64,000 nucleotides of DNA, from the NCBI GenBank assembly GCA_965216315.1, contig CBDCFN010000016.1, positions 864,001 through 928,000 of the forward strand. Reading direction: 5' to 3'. Both the position numbers and the translations under genes were made by a program. This document shows positions 55,626-64,000 of the stretch, piece after piece. The notes below the pieces were generated by a model. The model saw only the letters and a list, made by a program, of their open reading frames with translations. It was not told the origin of the DNA and made no database searches. Position 1 is the stretch's first letter; the number at the start of each line of letters is the position of its first letter. The DNA is from a bacterium. Lineage in GTDB: Bacteria; UBA10199; 2-02-FULL-50-16; JAJFLM01.

Positions 55626-58600
55626 GTTGGATCCAGGACTTAGTGGCTCCCCAAACACGTAGTTGGGAAGATTTTTATCGTAATCGCTGGCAGCACGACA
55701 AGGTGATTCGCAGCACGCATGGTGTCAATTGTACGGGCGGCTGTTCGTGGAACATCCATGTCAAAGATGGAATTGTCACTTGGGAAATGCAGGCCTTGGA
55801 TTATCCGTCTCTGGAAAAATCACTGCCGGGTTATGAGCCTCGGGGTTGTCAGCGCGGTATTTCTTTTTCTTGGTACCTCTATAGTCCGATCCGCGTGAAG
55901 TATCCTTATATGCGCGGTGCTCTGCTCGATCTGTGGAGAGAGGCAAAGCACAATTTCAGCGATCCTGTCGAGGCGTGGGCATCGATTCAAAAAGATGAAG
56001 CGGCCCGCAAGAAATATCAGCAAGCGCGCGGTAAGGGCGGTTTTCGTCGCGTCCATTGGGATGAAGCCTTAGAATTGATGGCTGCGGCCAATATTTATAC
56101 GACCAAGGAGCATGGACCTGATCGGATTACAGGGTTTTCACCAATCCCGGCGATGTCGATGCTGAGTTACGCTTCGGGGGCACGTTTTCTTCAACTGATG
56201 GGTGGCGTGTGTTTGAGTTTCTATGATTGGTACTGTGACTTGCCGCCTGCCTCTCCGGAGATTTGGGGTGAACAGACCGATGTGGCGGAAAGCGCGGACT
56301 GGTATAATGCTAAGTTCCTCGCGGTCATGGGGGCCAATCTCAACATGACGCGAACGCCTGACTGCCATTTTGCGGCAGAGGCCCGTCACAATGGGAGTAA
56401 GATGGTCGTCTTTTCTCCCGACTTCAGTCAGGTCTCTAAGTATGCGGATCAGTGGGTTCCCATCAATGCCGGGCAGGATGGCGCCTTTTGGATGGCCGTA
56501 TCGCATATCGTGCTCAAAGAATTTCATCATGAAAAGAAGACGCCGTATTTCATCGACTACACCAAAAAGTTTACCGATTGTCCGTTTTTGGTCGAACTGA
56601 AGAAAGAAGGTGACAGCTACGTGGCCGGCAAATTTGTCCGCGCCGACCGTATCGATAAATATAAGAATGTGGAACTCGGCGAATGGAAGTTTTTGATGGT
56701 CGATGAAAAGACCGGCAACCCGGTGATGCCGGGGGGGGCTATGGGCCACCGTTGGCAGAAGAAGCCTGGTGACTGGAATCTGAAATTCGAGGACGGCGAG
56801 GATGGAACTGAATTTGAGCCGACTTTAAGTTTGCTGGAGAACAGTGACGGTACGGCGAGCGTCAAGTTTGATGATTTTGGTGACGATGTGAGTCATCAGC
56901 GTGAGGTTCCGATTAAAAAGCTGAAGACGACGGATGGCGAAATAGTCGTGACGACGGTCTATGATCTTTTGATGGGCCAGTATGGAGTCAGCCGTGGTTT
57001 AGGCGGCGATTATCCGAAGAGTTACGAAGAGGATGGGGCCTATACCCCGGCCTGGCAGGAAAGAAAGACCGGGATTGGTCAGAAAACCGTCATCGGGTTT
57101 GCACGGAGTTGGGCAAGCACGGCGGAAAGTACGAAAGGGAAGTGCACGGTTATTATCGGCGCTGGTATCAATCACTGGTATCACAACAATTTGATCTATC
57201 GGGCGGCGATTAATTCCCTGATGCTCTGTGGTTGTATCGGGGTTAACGGTGGTGGTCTGAACCACTACGTTGGTCAGGAAAAGTTAGCGCCACAGGCCTC
57301 GTGGGCGCCCATTGCATTTGCAAAAGATTGGCACAAGCCTTCACGCCTGCAGAATGCTCCTTCGTGGCACTATGTTCATTCCGATCAATGGCGTTATGAT
57401 AGTGGTCACAAAGGGTATCACAAATGTCCCGATAACGAGCTGACCGAAGGGCACTCCATCGATCACAATATTCGCGCGGTTAAGAATGGCTGGTTGCCTT
57501 TCTTCCCGCAGTACAACAAGAGCAATTTAGATCTCTGTCGCGAAGCCGAAAAGAAAGGCGCTAAGGACAATCAAGGCATCATTGATCATGTGGTTAGTGA
57601 ATTAAAAAGTGGCGAGCTCAAGCATACGATAGAGCAGCCGGATGCTGCGGATAGTTGGCCGCGTGTTTGGTACATCTGGCGCGGAAATGCGATTATGTCG
57701 AGTGCCAAGGGCCATGAGTATTTTCTCAAGCATTACTTGGGAACCCATCACAATGATATCGCGGAAGAACTGGCCGAAGGACAGGTCAAAGATGTGGCCT
57801 GGCAGAAAAATGCGCCCCAAGGAAAGATGGATCTGGTTGTCGACCTTAACTTCCGCATGGATACCTCGGCGCTCTATTCAGACATCGTCCTGCCGGCGGC
57901 CTCATGGTACGAAAAAGCCGATCTGAATTCGACGGACATGCATTCCTTTATTCATCCCTTGTCAAAGGCGATTCCTCCGGTTTGGGAGTCTAAGAGTGAC
58001 TGGGACATCTTTAAGGCGGTTGCCAAGAAGACGAGTGAAATCGCTAAAAAACATTGTCCCGAGCCTGTCAAAGATCTTGTGACGATTCCGTTGACTCATG
58101 ATACGCCGGACGAAATTGCTCAGCCCAAGATGCAAGATTGGAGCAAGGGGGAGTGTGAGCCGATTCCCGGAAAGACCATGTATAAGATGGCAGTGGTCGA
58201 ACGGGATTATACCAAGATTTACGACAAATATGTTTCGCTGGGGCCGCTTGCCAGTAAGACGCTTGGTGCGCATGGCATTAGTTATGAGGTTGAGGATTTC
58301 TATAACGAATTGGTTGAGACCGGTCCGACGGTCGAGTGGGAAGGGAATAAATATCCTTCCCTGGAGGAAGCGGATTATGCGGCCAATGCCGTCTTGAACT
58401 TGGCTCCGGAAACCAACGGGGAATTGGCCTATCGAGCGTATAAGCACGAAGGGGACCGCGTTGGAATTGATCTGACGGATCTTGCGAAGGATAGCCGTGA
58501 TTTCCGGGTCAGTTATACTGATTTGCAATCGCAGCCGCGTCGCATGGTCAATAGCCCGATCTGGTCCGGGTTGATGACGGATGGTCGGGCTTATTCGGCC

Positions 58601-59227
58601 TATTGCTACAATGTCGAATGGCTGGTTCCCTGGCGGACGCTGACCGGGCGACAGTCCTTTTATTTGGATCATGATGCCTACATCGCTTTCGGGGAACACC
58701 TGCCGACGTACAAACCGTCACCACGTCCGGAAGCATACGGCGATTTGCGTAAGAGCTTGCAAAGCGGTGATGCCAAGATGCTCAACTACCTGACGCCTCA
58801 TGGTAAATGGCACATCCATTCGACCTATGGGGATACGTTGCGCATGTTAACGCTTTCACGCGGGACGGAGCCCTTCTGGATGAGTGAAGAGGATGCCGCG
58901 GATCTGGGGATTCATGACAACGATTATGTTGAAGTGCACAACGACAACGGTGTTGTGGTGACACGGGCATGTGTGAGCGCGCGTATTCCGAAGGGTGTCT
59001 GTATTATTTACCACTCGCCGGAGCGGACTTATTCAGTCCCGCGTTCGCCGTTGCGCAACTTTAAGCGGGCCGGCGGTCATAACAGTTTGACTCGGACGCG
59101 GCTCAAACCGAACCTGATGGTCGGTGGCTATGCGCAATTCACCTATTTCTTTAATTACTGGGGCCCGACGGGGTGCAATCGCGATACCTTTGTAACAGTT
59201 CGTAAGCTCGAAAAGCTTGTATGGTAA
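55622..59227 (+). CDS. narG: Respiratory nitrate reductase alpha subunit (cytoplasmic Nar/NXR clade)
   Basis: [51 protein letters not shown]; no Tat signal. Confidence 0.97.
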   Translation: MSWIQDLVAPQTRSWEDFYRNRWQHDKVIRSTHGVNCTGGCSWNIHVKDGIVTWEMQALDYPSLEKSLPGYEPRGCQRGISFSWYLYSPIRVKYPYMRGALLDLWREAKHNFSDPVEAWASIQKDEAARKKYQQARGKGGFRRVHWDEALELMAAANIYTTKEHGPDRITGFSPIPAMSMLSYASGARFLQLMGGVCLSFYDWYCDLPPASPEIWGEQTDVAESADWYNAKFLAVMGANLNMTRTPDCHFAAEARHNGSKMVVFSPDFSQVSKYADQWVPINAGQDGAFWMAVSHIVLKEFHHEKKTPYFIDYTKKFTDCPFLVELKKEGDSYVAGKFVRADRIDKYKNVELGEWKFLMVDEKTGNPVMPGGAMGHRWQKKPGDWNLKFEDGEDGTEFEPTLSLLENSDGTASVKFDDFGDDVSHQREVPIKKLKTTDGEIVVTTVYDLLMGQYGVSRGLGGDYPKSYEEDGAYTPAWQERKTGIGQKTVIGFARSWASTAESTKGKCTVIIGAGINHWYHNNLIYRAAINSLMLCGCIGVNGGGLNHYVGQEKLAPQASWAPIAFAKDWHKPSRLQNAPSWHYVHSDQWRYDSGHKGYHKCPDNELTEGHSIDHNIRAVKNGWLPFFPQYNKSNLDLCREAEKKGAKDNQGIIDHVVSELKSGELKHTIEQPDAADSWPRVWYIWRGNAIMSSAKGHEYFLKHYLGTHHNDIAEELAEGQVKDVAWQKNAPQGKMDLVVDLNFRMDTSALYSDIVLPAASWYEKADLNSTDMHSFIHPLSKAIPPVWESKSDWDIFKAVAKKTSEIAKKHCPEPVKDLVTIPLTHDTPDEIAQPKMQDWSKGECEPIPGKTMYKMAVVERDYTKIYDKYVSLGPLASKTLGAHGISYEVEDFYNELVETGPTVEWEGNKYPSLEEADYAANAVLNLAPETNGELAYRAYKHEGDRVGIDLTDLAKDSRDFRVSYTDLQSQPRRMVNSPIWSGLMTDGRAYSAYCYNVEWLVPWRTLTGRQSFYLDHDAYIAFGEHLPTYKPSPRPEAYGDLRKSLQSGDAKMLNYLTPHGKWHIHSTYGDTLRMLTLSRGTEPFWMSEEDAADLGIHDNDYVEVHNDNGVVVTRACVSARIPKGVCIIYHSPERTYSVPRSPLRNFKRAGGHNSLTRTRLKPNLMVGGYAQFTYFFNYWGPTGCNRDTFVTVRKLEKLVW

Positions 59228-59239
59228 GGATGGTGACCT

Positions 59240-60730
59240 ATGGATGTTAGATCGCAAATTTCAGTCGTCTTCCACTTAGATAAGTGCATTGGCTGCCACA
59301 CCTGTTCCATAGCGTGTAAGAACGTATGGACGGATCGCAAAGGTGCCGAATACATGTGGTGGAACAATGTCGAAACGAAGCCCGGCACGGGATACCCAAC
59401 GGAATGGGAGAATCAAGAAGAGTATAAGGGTGGCTGGGAAAAGAAAGGGGACGGTATCCAGTTAAAAGGTGCCGGTAAACGCCGTGGCCTGAAAAACATT
59501 TTCCATAATCCTAATCTTCCCATCCTTGATGACTATTATGAGCCCTGGACGTACCGTTATGAGGACCTTTTTAATGCCCCTCCAGGCGATGACCAGCCGA
59601 CGGCGCGCCCGGTTTCACTTGTTACCGGAAAAAATATGGAGATTAAGGCCGGCCCTAACTGGGATGATGATCTCAGCGGAAGTCCGGATTACGCCCGTAA
59701 CGATCCGAACTTAGATCAACTGTCGGAAGCCGAGCAGGAAGCGATGTTTCAGGTTGAAAAGTTGGTCATGTTCTATTTGCCGCGCATTTGTAATCACTGT
59801 CTCAATCCCGCATGTGTCGCAGGGTGTCCGTCTGGCGCGATTTATAAACGCGGTGAGGATGGGATTGTCCTGATCAATCAGGAAAAATGTCGTGCCTGGA
59901 GAATGTGTGTCACGGCCTGTCCGTACAAGAAAACCTATTATAACTGGAGTAGCGGAAAGTCCGAGAAATGCATTCTTTGTTATCCGCGTATCGAATCGGG
60001 TCAGGCGCCCGCCTGCATGCATTCCTGTGTGGGACGGATTCGTTATCTGGGGATGATGCTATATGATGCGGATCGTATCCATGATGTCGCTTCAGCCGAT
60101 GAGGCAGATGTCGGACAGCTCCAACGCGAGATGATACTCGATCCATTTGATCCTCAGGTGATTCGAGCTGCGCGTGAGAATGGCGTACATGATTCGGTGA
60201 TTGAATCCGCTCAACAATCACCGGTGTTCAAGTTTGTTAAGGAGTGGAAGATCGCCTTGCCGCTGCATCCCGAGTTTCGTACCTTGCCGATGCTTTTCTA
60301 TGTTCCTCCCTTATTGCCGATTATGGGAACGGTTAGCGATGAAGTCTATGAAAGTGTGACGGATGGTCTGTTTAGTTCCATAGAAATGAGTCGTCTGCCG
60401 ATTAAGTATTTAGCTTCATTATTCTCAGCGGGGAATGAAGGGATCATTCGCGAAGTGCTGAAGAAATTACAGGCCGTTCGCGTGCATCGTCGCCAAGTAA
60501 CGGTCGGAGATCAAGACGAGTCCGTTGTTTCACAGGCGCTTAAGGAGGTGGGGATGACCCCTGAAGAAGCGGATGCGATGTATCGATTGACCTCGCTGGC
60601 TAGTTTCGATGAACGCTTTGTTATTCCTCCGTCCCACCGGGAAGAGGCGATAGAAACGATCGCTAATGTTGACGATCGTAAGGGCGAAGCCGGGCTCGGG
60701 TTCCGCTTTGCCGGACAGAGGGGGTTGTAA
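59240..60730 (+). CDS. narH: Nitrate reductase beta subunit
   Basis: LDKCIGCHTCSIACK, CNHCLNPACVAGCP, CRAWRMCVTACP, KCILCYPR. Confidence 0.97.
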   Translation: MDVRSQISVVFHLDKCIGCHTCSIACKNVWTDRKGAEYMWWNNVETKPGTGYPTEWENQEEYKGGWEKKGDGIQLKGAGKRRGLKNIFHNPNLPILDDYYEPWTYRYEDLFNAPPGDDQPTARPVSLVTGKNMEIKAGPNWDDDLSGSPDYARNDPNLDQLSEAEQEAMFQVEKLVMFYLPRICNHCLNPACVAGCPSGAIYKRGEDGIVLINQEKCRAWRMCVTACPYKKTYYNWSSGKSEKCILCYPRIESGQAPACMHSCVGRIRYLGMMLYDADRIHDVASADEADVGQLQREMILDPFDPQVIRAARENGVHDSVIESAQQSPVFKFVKEWKIALPLHPEFRTLPMLFYVPPLLPIMGTVSDEVYESVTDGLFSSIEMSRLPIKYLASLFSAGNEGIIREVLKKLQAVRVHRRQVTVGDQDESVVSQALKEVGMTPEEADAMYRLTSLASFDERFVIPPSHREEAIETIANVDDRKGEAGLGFRFAGQRGL

Positions 60731-60731
60731 C

Positions 60732-61292
60732 ATGGCATCGCATCGGGATCGCTATCAAACGTTATCAGACTTGCTTAAATATCCGGACGAGGGCTTTCAC
60801 GCTTTTGTTGCCGCTTGTGTCAGTAATCTAGAGGACTATCCCGAGAGCCTTGAGCAGCTGACACCTTTTCTGGACTATGTGAAGGGGGCGAGTCGGACCG
60901 AACTCGAAGAACTTTATATCCGGACTTTTGATATCCATGCAGTCTGCCATTTGGATATTGGATATGTCCTTTTTGGCGAGGACTACAAGCGCGGTCAATT
61001 TTTAGTCGAGATGAAGCAGGAGCAAATTCGAGCTGGTAATGATTGTGGAGCGGAGTTGCCGGATCATCTTCCTTGCGTGCTCAATCTTCTTGGCATGATG
61101 GAAGATCAGGCGCGCGCCCAGGACCTCGTCCAAATACTTGTATTGCCGGCGATTTACAAAATGATTCAGAGCTTTAAGAAGGCGGGAAATGTTTATCGCT
61201 GTGTCTTGGAAACGATCCAGTTAGTTGTTGAAGCCGATTACGGAAAGGTAGTGGCTTTGCCTACTTATAATCAGACGGAGGCCTCATTATGA
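60732..61292 (+). CDS. narJ: Nitrate reductase Moco-assembly chaperone
   Basis: LLKYP, ELYIRTFD, LFGEDYKRG, ELPDHLP. Confidence 0.9.
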   Translation: MASHRDRYQTLSDLLKYPDEGFHAFVAACVSNLEDYPESLEQLTPFLDYVKGASRTELEELYIRTFDIHAVCHLDIGYVLFGEDYKRGQFLVEMKQEQIRAGNDCGAELPDHLPCVLNLLGMMEDQARAQDLVQILVLPAIYKMIQSFKKAGNVYRCVLETIQLVVEADYGKVVALPTYNQTEASL

Positions 61293-61975
61293 GCGATTAT
61301 CTCCTCTTTAGTGTTTATCCTTATATCGCCATAGCGATCGAACTCATTGTTTCTATTTGGCGTTTTCTCATTCGGCGCCATGAGTTTTCGAGTCTTTCGT
61401 CGGAATTTCTGGAGAGTAAAGAACTCTTTTGGGGGTCCGTACCCTGGCATTACGGAATCTTGTTTGTGTTACTCGGACACCTGGTTGCTTTCCTTTTTCC
61501 GGCGGAAATACTGGCGTGGAATAGCATGCCCGTGAGACTCTTGATTTTAGAGGTTACCGCCTTGACCTTCGGCTTGCTGGCTTTGGTCGGGATTGTCTTG
61601 TTGCTGATCAGGCGCGCGACCAATGCACGTATTCGGGTTGTTACATCTAAGATGGACGTCGCTATTCTCCTGATTCTCTTTGTTCAGGTGGCGAGCGGCG
61701 TTGGTATCGCCCTGACCATGCGTTGGGGTTCTTCGTGGTATGCCTCAGTATTGGTCCCATATTTGCGGTCGCTATTTGTATTGAATCCCAATGTGGCCCT
61801 CGTGGCGGATATGCCGCTACTAGTCAAGGTTCATATATTGTCGGCGTTTACGATTGTCTTGTTATTGCCGTTTACGCGGCTGGTGCATTTTCTCGTTATG
61901 CCGATCAATTATCTGTGGCGTTCATATCAATTGGTGATTTGGAACTGGGATAGAAAGAATATTCGGCGGCCATAA
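61289..61975 (+). CDS. narI: Nitrate reductase gamma subunit (cytochrome b)
   Basis: SSLSSEFLE, WHYGIL..LGH, VKVHIL, PFTRLVH. Confidence 0.95.
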   Translation: MSDYLLFSVYPYIAIAIELIVSIWRFLIRRHEFSSLSSEFLESKELFWGSVPWHYGILFVLLGHLVAFLFPAEILAWNSMPVRLLILEVTALTFGLLALVGIVLLLIRRATNARIRVVTSKMDVAILLILFVQVASGVGIALTMRWGSSWYASVLVPYLRSLFVLNPNVALVADMPLLVKVHILSAFTIVLLLPFTRLVHFLVMPINYLWRSYQLVIWNWDRKNIRRP

Positions 61976-62020
61976 GAGAAAAAGTTAACTTAAAGAGGGA
62001 GCGTGTAGAGGGGTGATGAG

Positions 62021-63808
62021 ATGAATATAGCTCATAAGGCAACTCGAATTAATCTGTTCAATTTTTCCACGAGGCCCATGCGGGCGTTTCACATGTCGTG
62101 GTTTGCCTTTTTTCTCTGCTTTTTTGCCTGGTTTGGTATCGCGCCTTTAATGGCGGTTGTCCGCGATGAACTGGGCCTTACTAAGGCGCAGATCGGAAAC
62201 ACAATCATTGCTTCGGTCGCGATTACCATTGTTGCGCGGCTTTTTATCGGTTGGCTCTGCGACCGGATTGGCCCGCGTTTAACATATACCTGGCTTTTAA
62301 TATTGTGCTCTTTCCCCGTCATGGGAATTGGTCTCGCACAAAGTTATGAAACGTTTTTATTGTTTCGTTTGGCTATCGGCGCAATCGGGGCTGCCTTTGT
62401 CATAACGCAGTACCATACCTCGGTGATGTTCGCGCCCAACTGTGTCGGGACGGCGAATGCGACCTCGGCCGGTTGGGGGAATCTCGGCGGCGGGGTCACG
62501 CAGATGATCATGCCGCTGATTTTTGCGGCCTTTGTTGGGTTAGGGTATTCGGACTTCTGGAGCTGGCGTCTGTCGATGGTTGTTGCCGGTGGCGTTTGTT
62601 TGGTTACTGGTGTTGCCTACTTCTTTCTGACAACGGATCTTCCCGACGGCAATTTTAAGGAGCTGCGGGCCAAGGGTCTGCACCCCGGTAAGGAGCACGT
62701 CAAAGGCAGCTTTTTGATGGCTTGCAAGGATTACCGGGTCTGGGCCTTGTTCATCATTTATGCGGCTTGTTTCGGGATTGAATTGACGATTAATAATATC
62801 GCTGCCCTCTATTTTAAAGATTATTTCGGACTCGGACTGAAGACAGCCGGTCTGGTTGCCGGTCTATTTGGCCTAATGAATATTTTTGCGCGAACCACCG
62901 GCGGCATCATCGGTGATAAATTTGGACATACGGGAGGGCTTAAAGGCCGCGTGAAATGGCTCTTTATTGCCTTATTTATCGAAGCACTCGCCTTAATGTT
63001 GTTTTCGCGGATGACGGTTCTGCCGCTGGCTATCGGAACGATGGTGGTCTTTAGTCTCTTTGTCCAGATGTCGGAAGGGGCTACCTATTCTGTCGTTCCT
63101 TTCATTAATAAAAAGGCCTTGGGTTCCGTTGCCGGTATTGTCGGCGCCGGCGGCAATATGGGTGCTGTTGCGGCAGGTTTTCTGTTCCGAGCTGAGAGTA
63201 TCTCCTGGCCGCAAGCCTTGTTGATATTGGGGGGCATTGTGGCTGTTTGTTCTTTTGCCACTTTCTTGGTGACTTTCTCCCCCGAAGCGGAAGCAGAAGT
63301 CAGAGAGGAGCACGATAAGGCATTGGCTCATCGTGCAGCTGCGGAAAAAGAGCGTGTTCCCTGGATTCATGTTCCGCCGCTGCCCCATGTCTTGAGCTTA
63401 ATCAAGCCAATGGATGCGTTGCGTGCCTTTCTCGGCGTCGCGCTGATCGTAAAGGGCGTCTATTTTATTATGAACATGCAGGAATTTGAAGTCATCGTTG
63501 GCACCGTAGGACAGTTCCAGAATGTTTTATCCTGGTATGTCGTGTTGGCCCACGTCATTGGTGGTGCGTGTCTCGCGATTGGCTTGGCGACGCGTTTTGC
63601 GGCATTTTTGAATATTACGGTGGTGCTTGGCGCCGTTATTTTTGTTCACTCGGCGGAAGGTTTGTTTAGCTCCGGGCAAGGCCTTGAGTTGACAATATTT
63701 GTGCTGTTTGCATTGTGCCTGCTTTTATGGCGCGGCTCCGGATATTTCTCGTTTGATGAACTGATCCGTTACAACAGCGACATTAAATCTGCGATGGCAG
63801 AAGAATAG
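62021..63808 (+). CDS. narK: NarK1/NRT2-type nitrate transporter fused to a C-terminal DoxX-like domain
   Basis: MRAFHMSW, GTANATSAGWGNLGGG, FARTTGG, GIVGAGGN; tail LRAFLG..IVKG..GLATRFAA..FVH..GLEL..GSGYFSFD. Confidence 0.9.
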   Translation: MNIAHKATRINLFNFSTRPMRAFHMSWFAFFLCFFAWFGIAPLMAVVRDELGLTKAQIGNTIIASVAITIVARLFIGWLCDRIGPRLTYTWLLILCSFPVMGIGLAQSYETFLLFRLAIGAIGAAFVITQYHTSVMFAPNCVGTANATSAGWGNLGGGVTQMIMPLIFAAFVGLGYSDFWSWRLSMVVAGGVCLVTGVAYFFLTTDLPDGNFKELRAKGLHPGKEHVKGSFLMACKDYRVWALFIIYAACFGIELTINNIAALYFKDYFGLGLKTAGLVAGLFGLMNIFARTTGGIIGDKFGHTGGLKGRVKWLFIALFIEALALMLFSRMTVLPLAIGTMVVFSLFVQMSEGATYSVVPFINKKALGSVAGIVGAGGNMGAVAAGFLFRAESISWPQALLILGGIVAVCSFATFLVTFSPEAEAEVREEHDKALAHRAAAEKERVPWIHVPPLPHVLSLIKPMDALRAFLGVALIVKGVYFIMNMQEFEVIVGTVGQFQNVLSWYVVLAHVIGGACLAIGLATRFAAFLNITVVLGAVIFVHSAEGLFSSGQGLELTIFVLFALCLLLWRGSGYFSFDELIRYNSDIKSAMAEE

Positions 63809-63819
63809 GGGAAGGGCGC

Positions 63820-64000
63820 ATGACACGGCTTGAAAAATGGGATGTCGAAGATGAATCTTTTTGGGAGAAAACAGGGAAGAAGATCGCCTTTCGCAACCTT
63901 GTTATTTCAATTCCGAATCTCCTCTGTGGTTTTTCTGTTTGGCTTTACTGGGGGATGATCGCCAAGATCATTCAGAAGATTCATTTTGGTAGCGGTGAGA
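63820..64000 (+). CDS. narK: NarK2-type nitrate/nitrite transporter, 5' part (truncated by the window edge)
   Basis: MTRLEKWDVEDESFWEKTGKKIAFRNLVISIPNLLCGFSVWLYWG. Confidence 0.88.
   Translation, partial: MTRLEKWDVEDESFWEKTGKKIAFRNLVISIPNLLCGFSVWLYWGMIAKIIQKIHFGSGE

Noticed and set aside
56138..58699. Long antisense ORFs (203 and 245 aa) within narG, and similar shadow ORFs throughout
   Set aside because: They lie wholly opposite well-supported genes and show no motifs; expected from codon bias.
14258..61975. Nitrifier/comammox or anammox interpretation (HAO plus NXR-like genes together)
   Set aside because: No amoCAB, cycAB, haoB or hzs in the window; the HAOs appear to lack the cross-linking Tyr; FNR-like boxes and NarK favour anaerobic reduction.

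Overview
64-kb chromosomal window from a Gram-negative bacterium. Gene content (TIGR02147 locus, system II cytochrome c maturation, GGC-tailed surface protein) suggests a deltaproteobacterium/Bdellovibrionota-like lineage; this is inference only. No CRISPR, prophage or IS element was seen. The dominant theme is nitrogen-oxide respiration. (i) At 10.9-21.3 kb, resB-ccsA lies divergent from an operon of two tandem octaheme HAO-family cytochromes (one Sec-type, one lipoprotein; both appear to have Trp at the oxidative Tyr cross-link position), a tetraheme cytochrome, a Tat-exported NrfC-like Fe-S protein and an NrfD/DsrP-like membrane protein. A convergent AlgE-type porin follows. (ii) At 48.6-64 kb, tatA, a Moco riboswitch and a Moco biosynthesis operon lie divergent from diheme cytochrome c-narGHJI-narK(+DoxX fusion)-narK2. 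The two loci and the porin share an FNR-like ATGAY-N4-RTCAW palindrome, suggesting one regulon for nitrate-to-ammonium reduction; no nrfA is present in this window. Other content: tRNA-Leu(CAG), a frameshifted RND pump, nfuA, RNase Z, MoxR/VWA, a low-GC XRE+orphan islet, rph, GMC/ThDP lipid-type operons, feoAAB with a Fur box, a secreted truncated hemoglobin with a Fur box, a surface protein resembling thaumarchaeal proteins, and three orphan ORFs sharing a sigma28-like promoter. Family assignments come from motif recognition and recall, not database searches.
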